Positions 1 through 10,086 are shown, numbered from the stretch's first letter. The stretch is 64,000 bases of DNA from an uncultured Armatimonadetes bacterium (GCA_963699135.1 OY969415.1:3833577-3897576), one strand, 5' to 3'. The notes: generated by a model from the sequence alone, not told the origin. Made by a program: numbers and translations.

Positions 1-547
1 GATAGAGTGGATCGAATCCCCCCAGCGCCAGCCACTTCTCCCGCCGGAACGCGAGCCCGCCACCATTTGCGTAGAGCTGCGGACAGGTCTCCGTAAGCCG
101 CGCCGGGTCGGTCTCATGGTGGATCGACAGCAGCCCCCGCTGCCACTCGCACGACGTGCGGTTCCCCAGCGTGTCCGTCAGCGAACCCTCCGGGTTGACG
201 AACTTGCATCCCACCGCAAACACGTCTTCCGCCGTCAAGTCTTCGAGTAGGGGAGGAAGGAAATCCGGCGCCACCACCATGTCGTTGTTCAGCAGCGCCA
301 CCACCTCGGTCTGCGCCGCCTCCACTGCCGCGTTGCAGGTGGCGCCGAACCCCCGATGGGGGAAGGCCATCACCTCCACCTCCGGGTGGACCGTGGCGAG
401 GTAATGGATGCTGTCGTCCGTGCTGCCGTCATCGGCCACCGCGACCACGTGGTCGCCGGCCGCTTTCGCTGCCGCCAGGGCCGCGGGCACGCATCGCTCC
501 AGCAGTTCGCGCCCATCGTAGTTGGCGAAGATCAGCGTCGCCTGCAT
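1..547 (-). CDS. Glycosyltransferase family 2 (5' part only; gene runs off the window start)
   Basis: Minus-strand translation from the ATG at 547 gives MQATLIFANYDGRELL...VAVADDGSTDDS...LLNNDMVVAPDFL, a typical GT2 N-terminal (DxD-type) domain. The ORF is open to position 1. It sits 5 bp downstream of the stop of the upstream GT gene. Confidence 0.8.
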   Translation of the reverse strand, partial: MQATLIFANYDGRELLERCVPAALAAAKAAGDHVVAVADDGSTDDSIHYLATVHPEVEVMAFPHRGFGATCNAAVEAAQTEVVALLNNDMVVAPDFLPPLLEDLTAEDVFAVGCKFVNPEGSLTDTLGNRTSCEWQRGLLSIHHETDPARLTETCPQLYANGGGLAFRREKWLALGGFDPLY

Positions 548-552
548 ACCCG

Positions 553-3459
553 TCAGGCCGATCTGCTTGCGCGAGCCGCCATTCGTTGGCGCAGCCTCCA
601 CACCAGCCCCTCGCCGCGCAAGCTTCCCCAGATAAGTCCCACCAGCGCCGTCAGCGCCGTCTTCTCCACCACCCCGACCGCCAACTGAACCAGCAGCAGC
701 AGCGGCTTGTAGGGCGCCAGCCACAGCACGTGCGCCGCCCCATCCGCTCTCACTTCGACCCGCCGCGCATGGCCTGCCAGCAGCGCCAGCAGTTCCGCCC
801 GCGCGCTGCCCTCGCCCGCCACCACGATGGAGTCGAACCGCATCTGCCTCAGCGCCGCCACCGTCTTGCGTGTGATCTGATAGCTCACTCCCGCCGCCCC
901 CGGCGCGGAGATCACCTGCTCTCCCGTCTCGTGCGCGGTCTCATCGCGAAGCGAGTCTGGCGACAGCACCGTGATCTCGACCCCGGGGTAGCGCGCCCGC
1001 ACCTGAGCCGCCGCCTCCCGCGCCAGCGCCGCCGATCCGGCCCGGATAATCAGCGTCACGTGGGGCGGCTCCCGCGGGTCCAGCCCCCACGGCGCGCTCC
1101 CGCGCCGCCGCACCAGTGCTTTCAGGCCCGCCTCCGCCAGCGCCGCCGGCAGCCTCCGCGCCAGCTCCCGCGGCGCGGGGGCGGCCACCTTTCGCACCGG
1201 CCGCGCGACCGGTATCGCCATCCGATCCGCAGTCCTCTCCGGCGACTGCATCCACCGCCGCAGCGGCGTCATCACCTGCGCCACCGTCCGATATCTGAAC
1301 GCGTATTCCTTCGCTCGCTCCGCGCAGCGCCGCCGCAGCGTCTCATCCCGCGCCAGTGCCAGTAGCGCCAGCTTCAGCCCCTGCGCGTCCCCCGGCGCGA
1401 ACGTTATTCCCAGGCGCGCGTCGTTGACCGCTTGGCTGATCTCCGTGCCCAGGCTCGTCACCACCGGCAGCCCCGCCCGCAGCATATCCAGTATTCGGTA
1501 CCGGCATCCGATCAGCATCTCGTAGCTGTATCGGTCGATGTTGATCCCCACGTCGCTCTCGAAGTAGTAATTGGGGACGGCCTCAGTCGGCGCCCAGCCC
1601 GTGAAGATGAACCGGTCCGCGAACTCACACCCCTCGATCCGCTCCCGGAACCGATAGAAGGTCTTCTCATCCCTCCCCGGCAGCGCCCCGCCCAGCGACA
1701 CGAACTTGATGCGCGCCTCCTCCGCCATCGCCGCCGTCAGGCCATCGAACAGCGTATCCACATCGGTCCAGGTGTTATAGCCTCCCGCCCACAACACCAC
1801 GAAGTCATCGTCCCCCACCAGCTTCCCTCGCATCACCGTTTCCCGGTGCCGATAGGGCGCATCCTCGATCGCGTTCGGCATGTATTGCACGCGGTCTTCG
1901 CCGTAGTTCCCCGCGCCCAGGCGTCCTATCGCGAACAGCTCCCCCACCGTCGCGTACTTCTGTCGCTGCGACACTACCGAGAACGCGTCACCCCGCGACA
2001 GCGCCGCCCGCTCCCGCGCCCAGGCCACGTGGATTGGCTCGTCGCTCCCATCCAATGCTGCCCGCGCCTGCGCTTCCGCCGGCGCGTACCCGTTCAGGTC
2101 CACCCACAACGGCGCCTCGGTCTTCAGCCGCGACGCGATCCACCCGCCATAGGCGTGCACCGCCACCACCGCCTCGGGTCGGACCTGATCGCAGATCCGC
2201 GCCAGCAGTTCCCCTCCCTCGAACGCCGCGTGCGCGGCCGAGTAGTAGGTCAAATGCTGGCCGCGGAATCGCAGCACCGGCGGCCGGCGATTCTCGTCCG
2301 CGTACGCGCCGGACATCCGCACCCCTACCACCGTCACCTCGTGCCCGTCGGCCATCAGCGCCTGCGCCACGTGCCAGGTGCGGAACGACAGCGCGCCCAG
2401 CCGCAGCTCCTTCTCGAATGGCAGCGGGCAGAAGCCGATCACCAGCACCCGCTTCCCCATCCCCGAGGAGCCGTAGGGGATCTCCCCGGCCTCCACTGCC
2501 TCCGGCGACACTGCGCCCGACGCCAGGCTCAGCACCTCCTCATCTCCCCGCGCCTGGCCCTGGCGTGATCGCTGCTTCGTCGCCAGCAACTCCGGCAACT
2601 GCGCCGCCGCCCGCAGAAACGCCGACCCCAAACGCGGGTTCAGTCGGGGCCGCATCAGCGCCCGCCACAGTTCCGCAAAATGCGCGTTCAGCAAGTGCGA
2701 GTCCGTCAGCGCCTTCCACGTGAACAGGATGCTGTTCTTGGCGAACATCAGGTCCACGTAACCGCCGGGGAAGTTCTTCGACGCATTGGTCTGGCGGTGC
2801 TGATGCACCATCCGGCTCGTCGGCTCGAACAGCAGCCGCCACCCCGCTTTCTGCGCCCGGTAAGAGATGTCAAGGTCCTCGAAGTAGAAGGGCCGGAACA
2901 GCCGGTCGAAACCGCCCAGCTTCAGGAACCGATTCCTGCGCCAGGCGCTCGACCCGCCCCCCGCGTAGATCACCGGGACCGCCTCCTCCGACTCCGGGTC
3001 CTCGTGGCGCAGCACGAACAACCCGCCCTCGAACCGCGCCCGCACCAGTCCCGTCTCTCGCACCAGACCGCCCCCGACTCGCTTCGGCGCCATCTGAATG
3101 TGCGCGGTCACCGCGAACACATCGTTATCCGCGAAGTGGCGCAGCAAGGGGGGGAGGAAGTCCGGCTCGACCAGCATGTCGTTGTTCAGGAAGACCAGCA
3201 CATCGCCGGTGGCGATGTCCGCCGCCGCGTTATTCGCCCCCGCGAAGCGCAGGTTGCGCGTTAGCGCCAGCACTCGGACTTGGGGGAATTCGCGGCGGAC
3301 GTACTCGACCGAATCGTCCGTGCTCGCATCATCGACCACGATCACCTCGTGGTCGCCGCCGGCCTGCTCGACCGCGCGCAGCGCCCGAGGCAGACAGGTC
3401 TCCAATAGCTGGCGGCCGTTCCAGGAAGAGACAATCAGGCTGGCGCGGACGGCGCTCAC
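553..3459 (-). CDS. Two-domain glycosyltransferase: N-terminal GT2 domain fused to a C-terminal GT4 (GT-B, family-1-like) domain
   Basis: The 997-aa track ORF spans 553..3546. It contains IVVDDASTDDS...LNNDMLVEPDF (GT2), then KRVLVIGFCPLP...EVTVVG and downstream GT-B motifs. The probable true start is the GTG at 3459, which overlaps the epimerase stop as GTGA. Confidence 0.85.
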   Translation of the reverse strand: MSAVRASLIVSSWNGRQLLETCLPRALRAVEQAGGDHEVIVVDDASTDDSVEYVRREFPQVRVLALTRNLRFAGANNAAADIATGDVLVFLNNDMLVEPDFLPPLLRHFADNDVFAVTAHIQMAPKRVGGGLVRETGLVRARFEGGLFVLRHEDPESEEAVPVIYAGGGSSAWRRNRFLKLGGFDRLFRPFYFEDLDISYRAQKAGWRLLFEPTSRMVHQHRQTNASKNFPGGYVDLMFAKNSILFTWKALTDSHLLNAHFAELWRALMRPRLNPRLGSAFLRAAAQLPELLATKQRSRQGQARGDEEVLSLASGAVSPEAVEAGEIPYGSSGMGKRVLVIGFCPLPFEKELRLGALSFRTWHVAQALMADGHEVTVVGVRMSGAYADENRRPPVLRFRGQHLTYYSAAHAAFEGGELLARICDQVRPEAVVAVHAYGGWIASRLKTEAPLWVDLNGYAPAEAQARAALDGSDEPIHVAWARERAALSRGDAFSVVSQRQKYATVGELFAIGRLGAGNYGEDRVQYMPNAIEDAPYRHRETVMRGKLVGDDDFVVLWAGGYNTWTDVDTLFDGLTAAMAEEARIKFVSLGGALPGRDEKTFYRFRERIEGCEFADRFIFTGWAPTEAVPNYYFESDVGINIDRYSYEMLIGCRYRILDMLRAGLPVVTSLGTEISQAVNDARLGITFAPGDAQGLKLALLALARDETLRRRCAERAKEYAFRYRTVAQVMTPLRRWMQSPERTADRMAIPVARPVRKVAAPAPRELARRLPAALAEAGLKALVRRRGSAPWGLDPREPPHVTLIIRAGSAALAREAAAQVRARYPGVEITVLSPDSLRDETAHETGEQVISAPGAAGVSYQITRKTVAALRQMRFDSIVVAGEGSARAELLALLAGHARRVEVRADGAAHVLWLAPYKPLLLLVQLAVGVVEKTALTALVGLIWGSLRGEGLVWRLRQRMAARASRSA

Positions 3460-4481
3460 GGCTTCGCCGACGCGCCCCCATGGGCGTTGCTCGTCCAGAT
3501 CGCGGGCGCCTTCGCGCTCGGCAGCTCCAGCGCCTCCTCGCTCCATGGCTGGGGCCCCATGGACTTCGCCCAGACCGCCATCGCCGCTATCGCCTCCTCG
3601 AAGCTGTGCCGCTCCTCATACCCGAGCAGCCGCTCCGACTTCTGCCAGGTGCTGAAGGCGTTCTTCACCTCCCGCGGCCGGTCGGGAACGTGGACGATCT
3701 CGGGCCGGGCGTCGAAGGCGGCACATACCGCCGTGCACATCTCATTCACCGTCACCGCCTGCTTCCCGCCCACGTTGATCACTTGCCGGTCCAGCTCCGG
3801 CCGGAGTTCCGTTGCCTTCAAGAACGCGGGCAGCGAATCGCCAATGTAGCTGAAGGCCCGCTTCTGCTCCCCGTCCCCGTAGACGTAGATCGGCTCCCCC
3901 CGCATGATGCGATTCATGAAGATCGCCACCACGTTGCGGAACGGATCGCACAGGCTCTGCCGGGCGCCGAAGACATTATGCGGGCGGATGATGGTGTAGG
4001 CGAACCCATGCACTTCGGCGAGGATCTCCGTGATCGCCTCCATCGCCGCCTTGTTCACCCCGTACACATCCACCGGTCGCCGCTCCATCACCTCGTCGAA
4101 CGGTGTCTCCTGCTCGCCGTAGACCGCCATCGAGCTGTACAGCACCACCTTTTTCATCCCCGCCCGAATCGCCGGCACCAGCGCGTTCACATACGCCATC
4201 AGGTTCCGGCCGGAGACATCGCGGGGCTGGAATTGCGATGCGCCCTCCCGCGCGTTCGCCGCCAGGTGACACAGCACATCCGGCGGATTGCTGGCGATCG
4301 CCTGTTCCGCGCCCGCCGGGTCCCGCAGGTCGAGCTGGATGAACTTCACCCCCGCGGGGAGGTTGCGCTCGAATCCCCCGCTCAGGTCGTCGATCGCGAC
4401 GACCTCGTGCCCCTGGGAGAGGAAGCCCTCCGTCACGTGCCCCCCCATGAACCCTGCCGCCCCTGTCACGATGATCCGCAC
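3456..4481 (-). CDS. NAD-dependent epimerase/dehydratase (SDR family, UDP-sugar 4-epimerase-like)
   Basis: MRIIVTGAAGFMGGHV (a GxxGxxG Rossmann motif) and a YxxxK-type SDR core. Length is 341 aa. Confidence 0.85.
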   Translation of the reverse strand: MRIIVTGAAGFMGGHVTEGFLSQGHEVVAIDDLSGGFERNLPAGVKFIQLDLRDPAGAEQAIASNPPDVLCHLAANAREGASQFQPRDVSGRNLMAYVNALVPAIRAGMKKVVLYSSMAVYGEQETPFDEVMERRPVDVYGVNKAAMEAITEILAEVHGFAYTIIRPHNVFGARQSLCDPFRNVVAIFMNRIMRGEPIYVYGDGEQKRAFSYIGDSLPAFLKATELRPELDRQVINVGGKQAVTVNEMCTAVCAAFDARPEIVHVPDRPREVKNAFSTWQKSERLLGYEERHSFEEAIAAMAVWAKSMGPQPWSEEALELPSAKAPAIWTSNAHGGASAKP

Positions 4482-4519
4482 TGGCGCTCCTCGGTTTTAG
4501 GAATCCGGCCCGGATGATA

Positions 4520-5038
4520 TCATTTCTGACCCGACCGCGGGGCCTTTCTTGCCCTGCCCACCAGTGCCTCCGTAAGGTCCGTCACCGCCATCCCCGCCAA
4601 GATCAGCAGCAGCGGCAGCACCAGCAGGGCGACACAGGCCTCGGCTATCACTCTCGCCCCCGCGCCCGCCACCCCCGCCGACAGTAGCTCCGAGCCGGAG
4701 AGCGGCCTGATCTCACCCCCCGCCTCCGCCTCCAGCAAGGCCTTCCCTCGCGCCCCCGAGAGCGCCGCCACCAGTGTCGCCTTCCAGAACGCACGGTGCA
4801 GGAACTGGTCACCGCCGTGAACCACCGCCGCCACCACGAACCCGCGCCGCCGCAGCTCCCGCACCACTCCCCGCGCCCCCAGCCCTCCCCAGGCTATCAC
4901 CTCGTCCGCATTCCGCGGCGGCTCCGAACCCACCAGCGCCGTCACCTGCGCCCCTGGATAGCGCGACTTCAGCGCCTCGATGGTCGCCTCCAGTGCCTCC
5001 GTCGGAACGATCGATATCAGCAGCGCCCGCGCTTCCAT
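4520..5038 (-). CDS. Hypothetical protein with a C-terminal TM helix; first member of a 3-copy paralogous 'domain-X' family in this locus
   Basis: 172-aa ORF with the pattern ALLISIVPTEALEATIEALKSRYPGAQVTALVGSE...RRRGFVVAAVVHGGDQ...PLSG and a hydrophobic C-terminus. It is paralogous to 11430..11906 and to the N-terminus of 13102..14557. Confidence 0.5.
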   Translation of the reverse strand: MEARALLISIVPTEALEATIEALKSRYPGAQVTALVGSEPPRNADEVIAWGGLGARGVVRELRRRGFVVAAVVHGGDQFLHRAFWKATLVAALSGARGKALLEAEAGGEIRPLSGSELLSAGVAGAGARVIAEACVALLVLPLLLILAGMAVTDLTEALVGRARKAPRSGQK

Positions 5039-5039
5039 G

Positions 5040-6011
5040 CTAATCCCTCGGCGGTTGCGCCGTGTGCCGCCATCCCATCGCCAGCAGTTCGTCGAAACGT
5101 GCCAGCGGAATCCGCCGCGCCCGCTGTATCCGCCGCCTCCGGCTCAGCATCCGCGGCGTCTGCCACAGCGCGCTCGCCACGATCGCCGCCACCAGCCCCA
5201 GCCCATCCCGCCGCGCGATCCCCAGCATCGACTCCCGCAGCCGCTTCGCCATCAGCGGAACCGTCGGCAGCAGCGCCCGCAGCGGCCAGTCCTTCGTCCA
5301 TACGTGCATCAGATTCCGCAGCCCTAGGAACACCGCCCGTCGGCTGTAGATCCCGCGCGATACTCCCTCCCGATGCCGCACCACTGCCGTCGGCACGTAC
5401 CGCGCCCGCCACCCCGCCAACTGCGCCCGCCAGTTCAAATCCGCATCCTCGTAGCTGATGAAGAAGTCGGGGTCGAACAACCCCACCTCCACCAGCATCG
5501 CCCGCCGATACAGCGCCGCCCCCGCGCAGGCCCCGAACACCTCCCGCGGCTGATCGAACCACTCCCCATCCCGCTGCCCCCGCCCGATGTCATACACCCA
5601 CCCGTCCCCGGTGCAGGCATGCCCGGCCGAGTTGATAAGCGTGGTGTCATCGTAGTACACCATCTTCGGCGCGCACATCCCCACCTGCGCCTCCGCCCGC
5701 ATCGTCCCGACCAGCTCCTCCAGGCAGCGCGCGTCCAGCTCCGTATCATTGTTCAGCGAGAACACGAACTCGCCCCGGCTTTCCCCCATCCCCGCATTCA
5801 TCGCCCGCGAAAACCCCATGTTGCGCGGAAAGCGGATCACTCTTACCTCGGGGTATCGCTCTGCGACGAGTTCGAGCGAGCCATCCGTCGAGCCGTTGTC
5901 CGGCATGATGATCTCGAAATCCTGGAACGTTTGCCCGCGGATGGAGTTGAGACAGGTGGGCAGCAGATGCGCCCCATTCCAGTTCAACAGCACGATCGTG
6001 AGCGCAGGCAT
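5040..6011 (-). CDS. Glycosyltransferase family 2
   Basis: MPALTIVLLNWNG...IIMPDNGSTDGS...SLNNDTELD (GT2 motifs). The start ATG overlaps the stop of the upstream gene (ATGA at 6011). Confidence 0.8.
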   Translation of the reverse strand: MPALTIVLLNWNGAHLLPTCLNSIRGQTFQDFEIIMPDNGSTDGSLELVAERYPEVRVIRFPRNMGFSRAMNAGMGESRGEFVFSLNNDTELDARCLEELVGTMRAEAQVGMCAPKMVYYDDTTLINSAGHACTGDGWVYDIGRGQRDGEWFDQPREVFGACAGAALYRRAMLVEVGLFDPDFFISYEDADLNWRAQLAGWRARYVPTAVVRHREGVSRGIYSRRAVFLGLRNLMHVWTKDWPLRALLPTVPLMAKRLRESMLGIARRDGLGLVAAIVASALWQTPRMLSRRRRIQRARRIPLARFDELLAMGWRHTAQPPRD

Positions 6012-7111
6012 CAGTCCGGCCCGGCCTCCCGGCCCAGCCCGAACCGCCGCAGCGCTTTCCACCCCGCCTTCGCCACCCACTCCGACACGCGGTACAGCCG
6101 CCGAGATGTCACCCGCTCGAACTCCTCCCGCATCAGGTGCATCTCCCGCCGGATCTTTATCATCTCCCCCTTGTCCGGGTCTAGCTCGCCGAACGCCTCC
6201 CTCACCCACGCCCGCCCCGCCTCCGCGAGATCGGCATCGCGCGTCAGCGCCCCCAGCTCCTCCTCCGGCGGCGGCGTCCGCCCCTTAAGCGCGTCCCTCA
6301 CCCCCAGCGCGTGGGCATAGCTCGTCACCGCCTCGTAGAACGAGTTCACTGTCACCGCCCGCGCCGCCTCGATGATCCCCAGGTCCTTCCTCAGCTCCGG
6401 GTGCTTCCGCCAGAACACCACCGCCGCCCGCCCGCACAGCCGCGTCCGCGCCAGGTGCCTGTCCAGGCTCGGCGCGTGGTGGTGATAGGTCAACGCGGCC
6501 CTCCGATACACGATTCGCAGCCCCCGCTGCACCATCCGGTACGCCAGCTCGATGTCCTCATAGGCCGCCTGCCGGAAGTCCTCGTCGAACCCCCCCGCCT
6601 CCTCCAGCCAGTGCCGCTGAATCGAGCAGTTCGCGGTGTAGAAGGTCCAGAAAGTCACGTTCTCCGGATCGTTGATGTAGGTGAAGCCGAACTGCGCCCC
6701 GTGATCCAGGAAGAACATCAGCGGCGTTATCTCCAGGTCCGGGTGCCACGACACGTGGCCCACCACGCCCACGTCACCGCTGCGTTCGTGCGCCTTCAGG
6801 TGCTCCTGGATCAGCCCCCGGTCGGGGATGCAGTCATCCCCCGTGAACAGGATGATCTGCCCCTTCGCCTCCCGTGTCCCCAGATTCCGGGCCGCCGCCG
6901 GCCCCTTGTTCTCCTGGCGGTAGTACCGCAGCCGCGACTCCGGCGCGCCCACCGCCGCCACCACCTCAGACGTCCCATCCGTCGCGCCGTCATCCACCAC
7001 CACTAGCTCATAATCATCCGCGCTCGCGCTCTGCTCGTGCAAGAGCTTCCGCAGAGTCTCGCCGAGCAGCTCGCTGCGATTGTAAGTAGGGACGACGACT
7101 GTCAGCCTCAA
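6011..7111 (-). CDS. Glycosyltransferase family 2 with a C-terminal coiled-coil extension and conserved tail motif
   Basis: LRLTVVVPTYNRSELL...VVVDDGATDGT...FTGDDCIP (GT2). The tail reads ...EEFERVTSRRLYRVSEWVAKAGWKALRRFG. The likely TTG start at 7111 overlaps the upstream stop and follows a GGGAG Shine-Dalgarno sequence. Confidence 0.75.
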   Translation of the reverse strand: MRLTVVVPTYNRSELLGETLRKLLHEQSASADDYELVVVDDGATDGTSEVVAAVGAPESRLRYYRQENKGPAAARNLGTREAKGQIILFTGDDCIPDRGLIQEHLKAHERSGDVGVVGHVSWHPDLEITPLMFFLDHGAQFGFTYINDPENVTFWTFYTANCSIQRHWLEEAGGFDEDFRQAAYEDIELAYRMVQRGLRIVYRRAALTYHHHAPSLDRHLARTRLCGRAAVVFWRKHPELRKDLGIIEAARAVTVNSFYEAVTSYAHALGVRDALKGRTPPPEEELGALTRDADLAEAGRAWVREAFGELDPDKGEMIKIRREMHLMREEFERVTSRRLYRVSEWVAKAGWKALRRFGLGREAGPD

Positions 7112-8583
7112 CGCTTGACTCCCAACGCGCGTAGCATACCCCACCCGGCCTGCGCCGCCTTCACCGACCACCGGTACAGCCGCCGTGAGGTGATCTCCCG
7201 AAGCTCCTGCCGCTGCTGCGCGAGCGACTCCTCGACGCTCCGCGCCCACCCCTCCACCTCCTGCGTGCGGGCGAACAGCCTCTGCACTTCGTACTCCCGG
7301 TCCGCCACCAGCCGCGCCAGCCAGTCCGCGTGCCGCCGCAGCGCCTCCACTTGCGCCGCCTGCCGCTCCGGGTCGCTCCGGTGTTCGTGCAGCGCCACCG
7401 CCAGCCGATACCCCTCCGCGGTCCTCTCCGCCGCCCGCTCCCAGGTATAGTTCGCCGCGATGTGCTCCTTCAGCCGCTCCGACTTCGGCGCGCCATAGGC
7501 CGCTAGCACCGCCTCCCGTATCGGGTCGATCCGCGCCGGATCGCAGTACCAGGCCATCTCCCCGAAGTACTCCGGCGGTGAACCGCGGTTCGTCGACACG
7601 ATGCTGCACCCCGCCGCCCCGGCTTCGAGCTGCGTCAGCCCCGGCAACTCCACCCAGCTCACCAGCGCGTGCACCTTCGCCGCCGCGTAAGCCGATGCCA
7701 GTTCCTCCTCGGATAGCGACGGGATGAAGTGCGTGTTCTCATCCGCATACCGCCGGCACAGATCGAGATAAGATTCTGGGTTCGCCTGCCCCACGATTAC
7801 CAGCGGAACCCCCGACCCCCGCATCGCCGCGATCAAGCTGAGCTGATTCTTCTTCTTCTCCACCCGCCCCACGCACAACACGAAATCCTGCACCCCATGC
7901 TTCTGCACGAACAGCTCCGGCCTCGCCTCGAACGACGTCGGCTTCGCCGCGTTCGGCACCACCACTGACCGGCTCAAGTCCATCCCGAACGCCTGACTCA
8001 AGTACTCGGCGTTCATCTGCGCGTTGGGCAGGTACACCGTCGCCAGATCGATCAGCGCCTGCCTCTGAAGCTGCTGCCGCGCCCGTCCCCGCATCTCGAT
8101 CGGATCCTGCGGCGGCGCTTTGCGCGGTGTGGGGTTTCCCTGGCCCGGCTCCGGCAGCTCCCAGTAATCCGTGTCCCCCCACTCCAAGAACTCCGTCAAA
8201 TCCGTGTGCACCGTCGACAGCGCCACCGGCTTCCCCTGAGCCAGCGCGTTCAGGCAGTGCTGATACGGCTCCTCCGGCCGGTCCAGGTTGATGGCATGCA
8301 CCAGATCATAGCCCGAGAGATCGACCTCCGTCTCCCCGGTCATCTCGGCCGAGACGCCCAGGTTCCGCAGGTGGGGGAGCATCATCTCCAACTGCACCAC
8401 ATCCCCGCCCGGCTTCTCCCGGAAGTCCGGCCTGATCTGCATCACCACCCGCAGCTCCCGCGTCGACGGGGCAACCGCCGCCCGCCGCGGCATCAGCCGC
8501 GCGCCCGTCTGCTGTTCCAGCAAGAACCGCGCCAACTCGGGCGACATCGCGGCCGCCTGCCGCATCCCCTCCCGCTTCCGCAT
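7108..8583 (-). CDS. Glycosyltransferase family 4 (GT-B) with a C-terminal coiled-coil and the same conserved tail motif
   Basis: Core FVLCVGRVEKKKNQ...EELASAYAAAKVHALVS...GLTQLEAGAAGCSIVST (GT4 EX7E region). The tail reads ...QELREITSRRLYRWSVKAAQAGWGMLRALG. Start chosen at MRKREG, downstream of the stop of the pyruvyl transferase gene. Confidence 0.75.
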   Translation of the reverse strand: MRKREGMRQAAAMSPELARFLLEQQTGARLMPRRAAVAPSTRELRVVMQIRPDFREKPGGDVVQLEMMLPHLRNLGVSAEMTGETEVDLSGYDLVHAINLDRPEEPYQHCLNALAQGKPVALSTVHTDLTEFLEWGDTDYWELPEPGQGNPTPRKAPPQDPIEMRGRARQQLQRQALIDLATVYLPNAQMNAEYLSQAFGMDLSRSVVVPNAAKPTSFEARPELFVQKHGVQDFVLCVGRVEKKKNQLSLIAAMRGSGVPLVIVGQANPESYLDLCRRYADENTHFIPSLSEEELASAYAAAKVHALVSWVELPGLTQLEAGAAGCSIVSTNRGSPPEYFGEMAWYCDPARIDPIREAVLAAYGAPKSERLKEHIAANYTWERAAERTAEGYRLAVALHEHRSDPERQAAQVEALRRHADWLARLVADREYEVQRLFARTQEVEGWARSVEESLAQQRQELREITSRRLYRWSVKAAQAGWGMLRALGVKR

Positions 8584-8656
8584 CACCTCGGCCGCCGCCG
8601 CTTCCCGGTTCGCCAGCAGCCTCTCGCACGATGCCAGCGCCGCCACCACGTCGAGA

Positions 8657-9694
8657 TCATCGGCCCCGTGCCGCGTACTCCTGCATCCCCATCGCCGCGC
8701 AGAAATCCCACACCTTCTGCACATACGGCAGCGCCACAAACGGAATCCCCGCGTCCGCCGCCAGCATCACCGCATGCAGCCGCATCCCTATCATCAGGTC
8801 GAACTGCGCCAGCGCCCCTACCAGCTCGGGCGGCCCCGCCGGCGGCTCGACAATCCGCGCTGCCCCCGGATTCCCCGCCGCCTCCAGCACCCGCTCCAGC
8901 GCCGTCCGGTCATCGTCGTGCAGCCGTTGCATCGGCAGCAGCGCCACCGTCGCCCCCAACCGCTCGACCAGTGCGCGCACCAGCTCGCCCGCCCGCGCCG
9001 TCAACCGCTCCATCGCCTCCGGCGCGCCCGCCTCTACCCCGCCGAACCGGAACCAGGGCCGCAGGTTCAGCGCGATCAGCGGACGACTCGCCGCCTCCAG
9101 CCCAGCGCGGCTGAGCCAATCCCGAGCCGCTCCTGCTTCACCGGGCTGCACCAACATCGCCGGATCGGCCGCCTCCTGCACCCGCGTCCGCGCCACCCCG
9201 CACTCCACCAGCAGCTCTGCCGAGGCCGCGTCGCGCACCGTGATCGCGCTCGCCTCCTCGCCGAGGAAACGCGCCACCCGCCGCGCCGTGTCCGTCATCA
9301 GCGGGCCCACCCCGACCCCGTACAACATCACCGGCCGGCTCGCCGCCCGCGCCGTCGCCGTGATCTTCGCCAGCTCGTATAGCCACTGCCGGTCCGGGGG
9401 TTCCGTGAGCAGACGCGCCAGGCTGGGGTTGTAGTCCACATCGTAGAGCAGCCCGCCCCCGCCGAGGATCACCAGATCGGCCTCCTCGATCGCGCGCGCC
9501 AACTCCGGCCGATCATCGTAGGAGAGTGCAGTCGCGTCGAAAGCCGAGGTGAGATGCGACAGCTCCGGCCCGCCCGCCACCTTCACCGCGCGGCCACCCG
9601 CCACCCCGTGCAGCTCGGTCAGCATGCCCCAGAGAATCGCATCATCGCCCAGATTAGAGTAGCCCGCCGCCCCGCAGACTAAGATGTGACCCAT
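8657..9694 (-). CDS. Polysaccharide pyruvyl transferase (CsaB/WcaK-like)
   Basis: MGHILVCGAAGYSNLGDDAIL...ADLVILGGGGLL...LMIGMRLHAVMLAADAGIPFVAL, the signature of the PS_pyruv_trans family. The upstream N-terminal ORF extension is discarded. Confidence 0.8.
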   Translation of the reverse strand: MGHILVCGAAGYSNLGDDAILWGMLTELHGVAGGRAVKVAGGPELSHLTSAFDATALSYDDRPELARAIEEADLVILGGGGLLYDVDYNPSLARLLTEPPDRQWLYELAKITATARAASRPVMLYGVGVGPLMTDTARRVARFLGEEASAITVRDAASAELLVECGVARTRVQEAADPAMLVQPGEAGAARDWLSRAGLEAASRPLIALNLRPWFRFGGVEAGAPEAMERLTARAGELVRALVERLGATVALLPMQRLHDDDRTALERVLEAAGNPGAARIVEPPAGPPELVGALAQFDLMIGMRLHAVMLAADAGIPFVALPYVQKVWDFCAAMGMQEYAARGR

Positions 9695-9833
9695 GGGCTT
9701 CGCCTCGGAAGAAGAGAGCGCAAAGAAGCTTCGTCGGGACACTGAGCTACTCCTGCGCTCGCGGGCCCGCCGTCCCTCCCCATCCCGTTGGGCAGGAGCT
9801 TGCTCCTGCCATCCCCCGACCCTGTCATTGCGA

Positions 9834-9872
9834 GGGGCAGCGCCGCGCGCTGCCCCGTGGCAGTTTCGCCGT
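9834..9872. repeat. Hairpin repeat, family A, R orientation (TGTCATTGCGAGGGGC...GCCCCGTGGCA)
   Basis: Imperfect palindrome shared with at least 16 other copies in the window. Confidence 0.7.
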
Positions 9873-10086
9873 TTATCCAAGCATCCGGGCCCCACTTCGC
9901 CTCTGCCCCACGCGCGCCCGCCTCGCACTCCACCAACCAGTGGCGTGGGCTTGTGCGCCTCCGGCGCATTCGCCGTGAGCAAGAGCGAGCGGTAACCCGC
10001 GTAGGCACGCTTCGCGTGCCTCTCCCTCCGCCCTGCGCTCACCCGGGTGGGGGGGGAGGGCGTCTTGCACCCCAGTCGCGGCTGCA

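Noticed and set aside
586-3264. Long plus-strand ORFs (586..1365, 1432..2568, 2034..2723, 2680..3264) antisense to the 997-aa glycosyltransferase gene
   Set aside because: Pro/Arg/Ala-rich low-complexity translations typical of shadow ORFs in 70%-GC DNA. The opposite strand has clear GT2/GT4 motifs.
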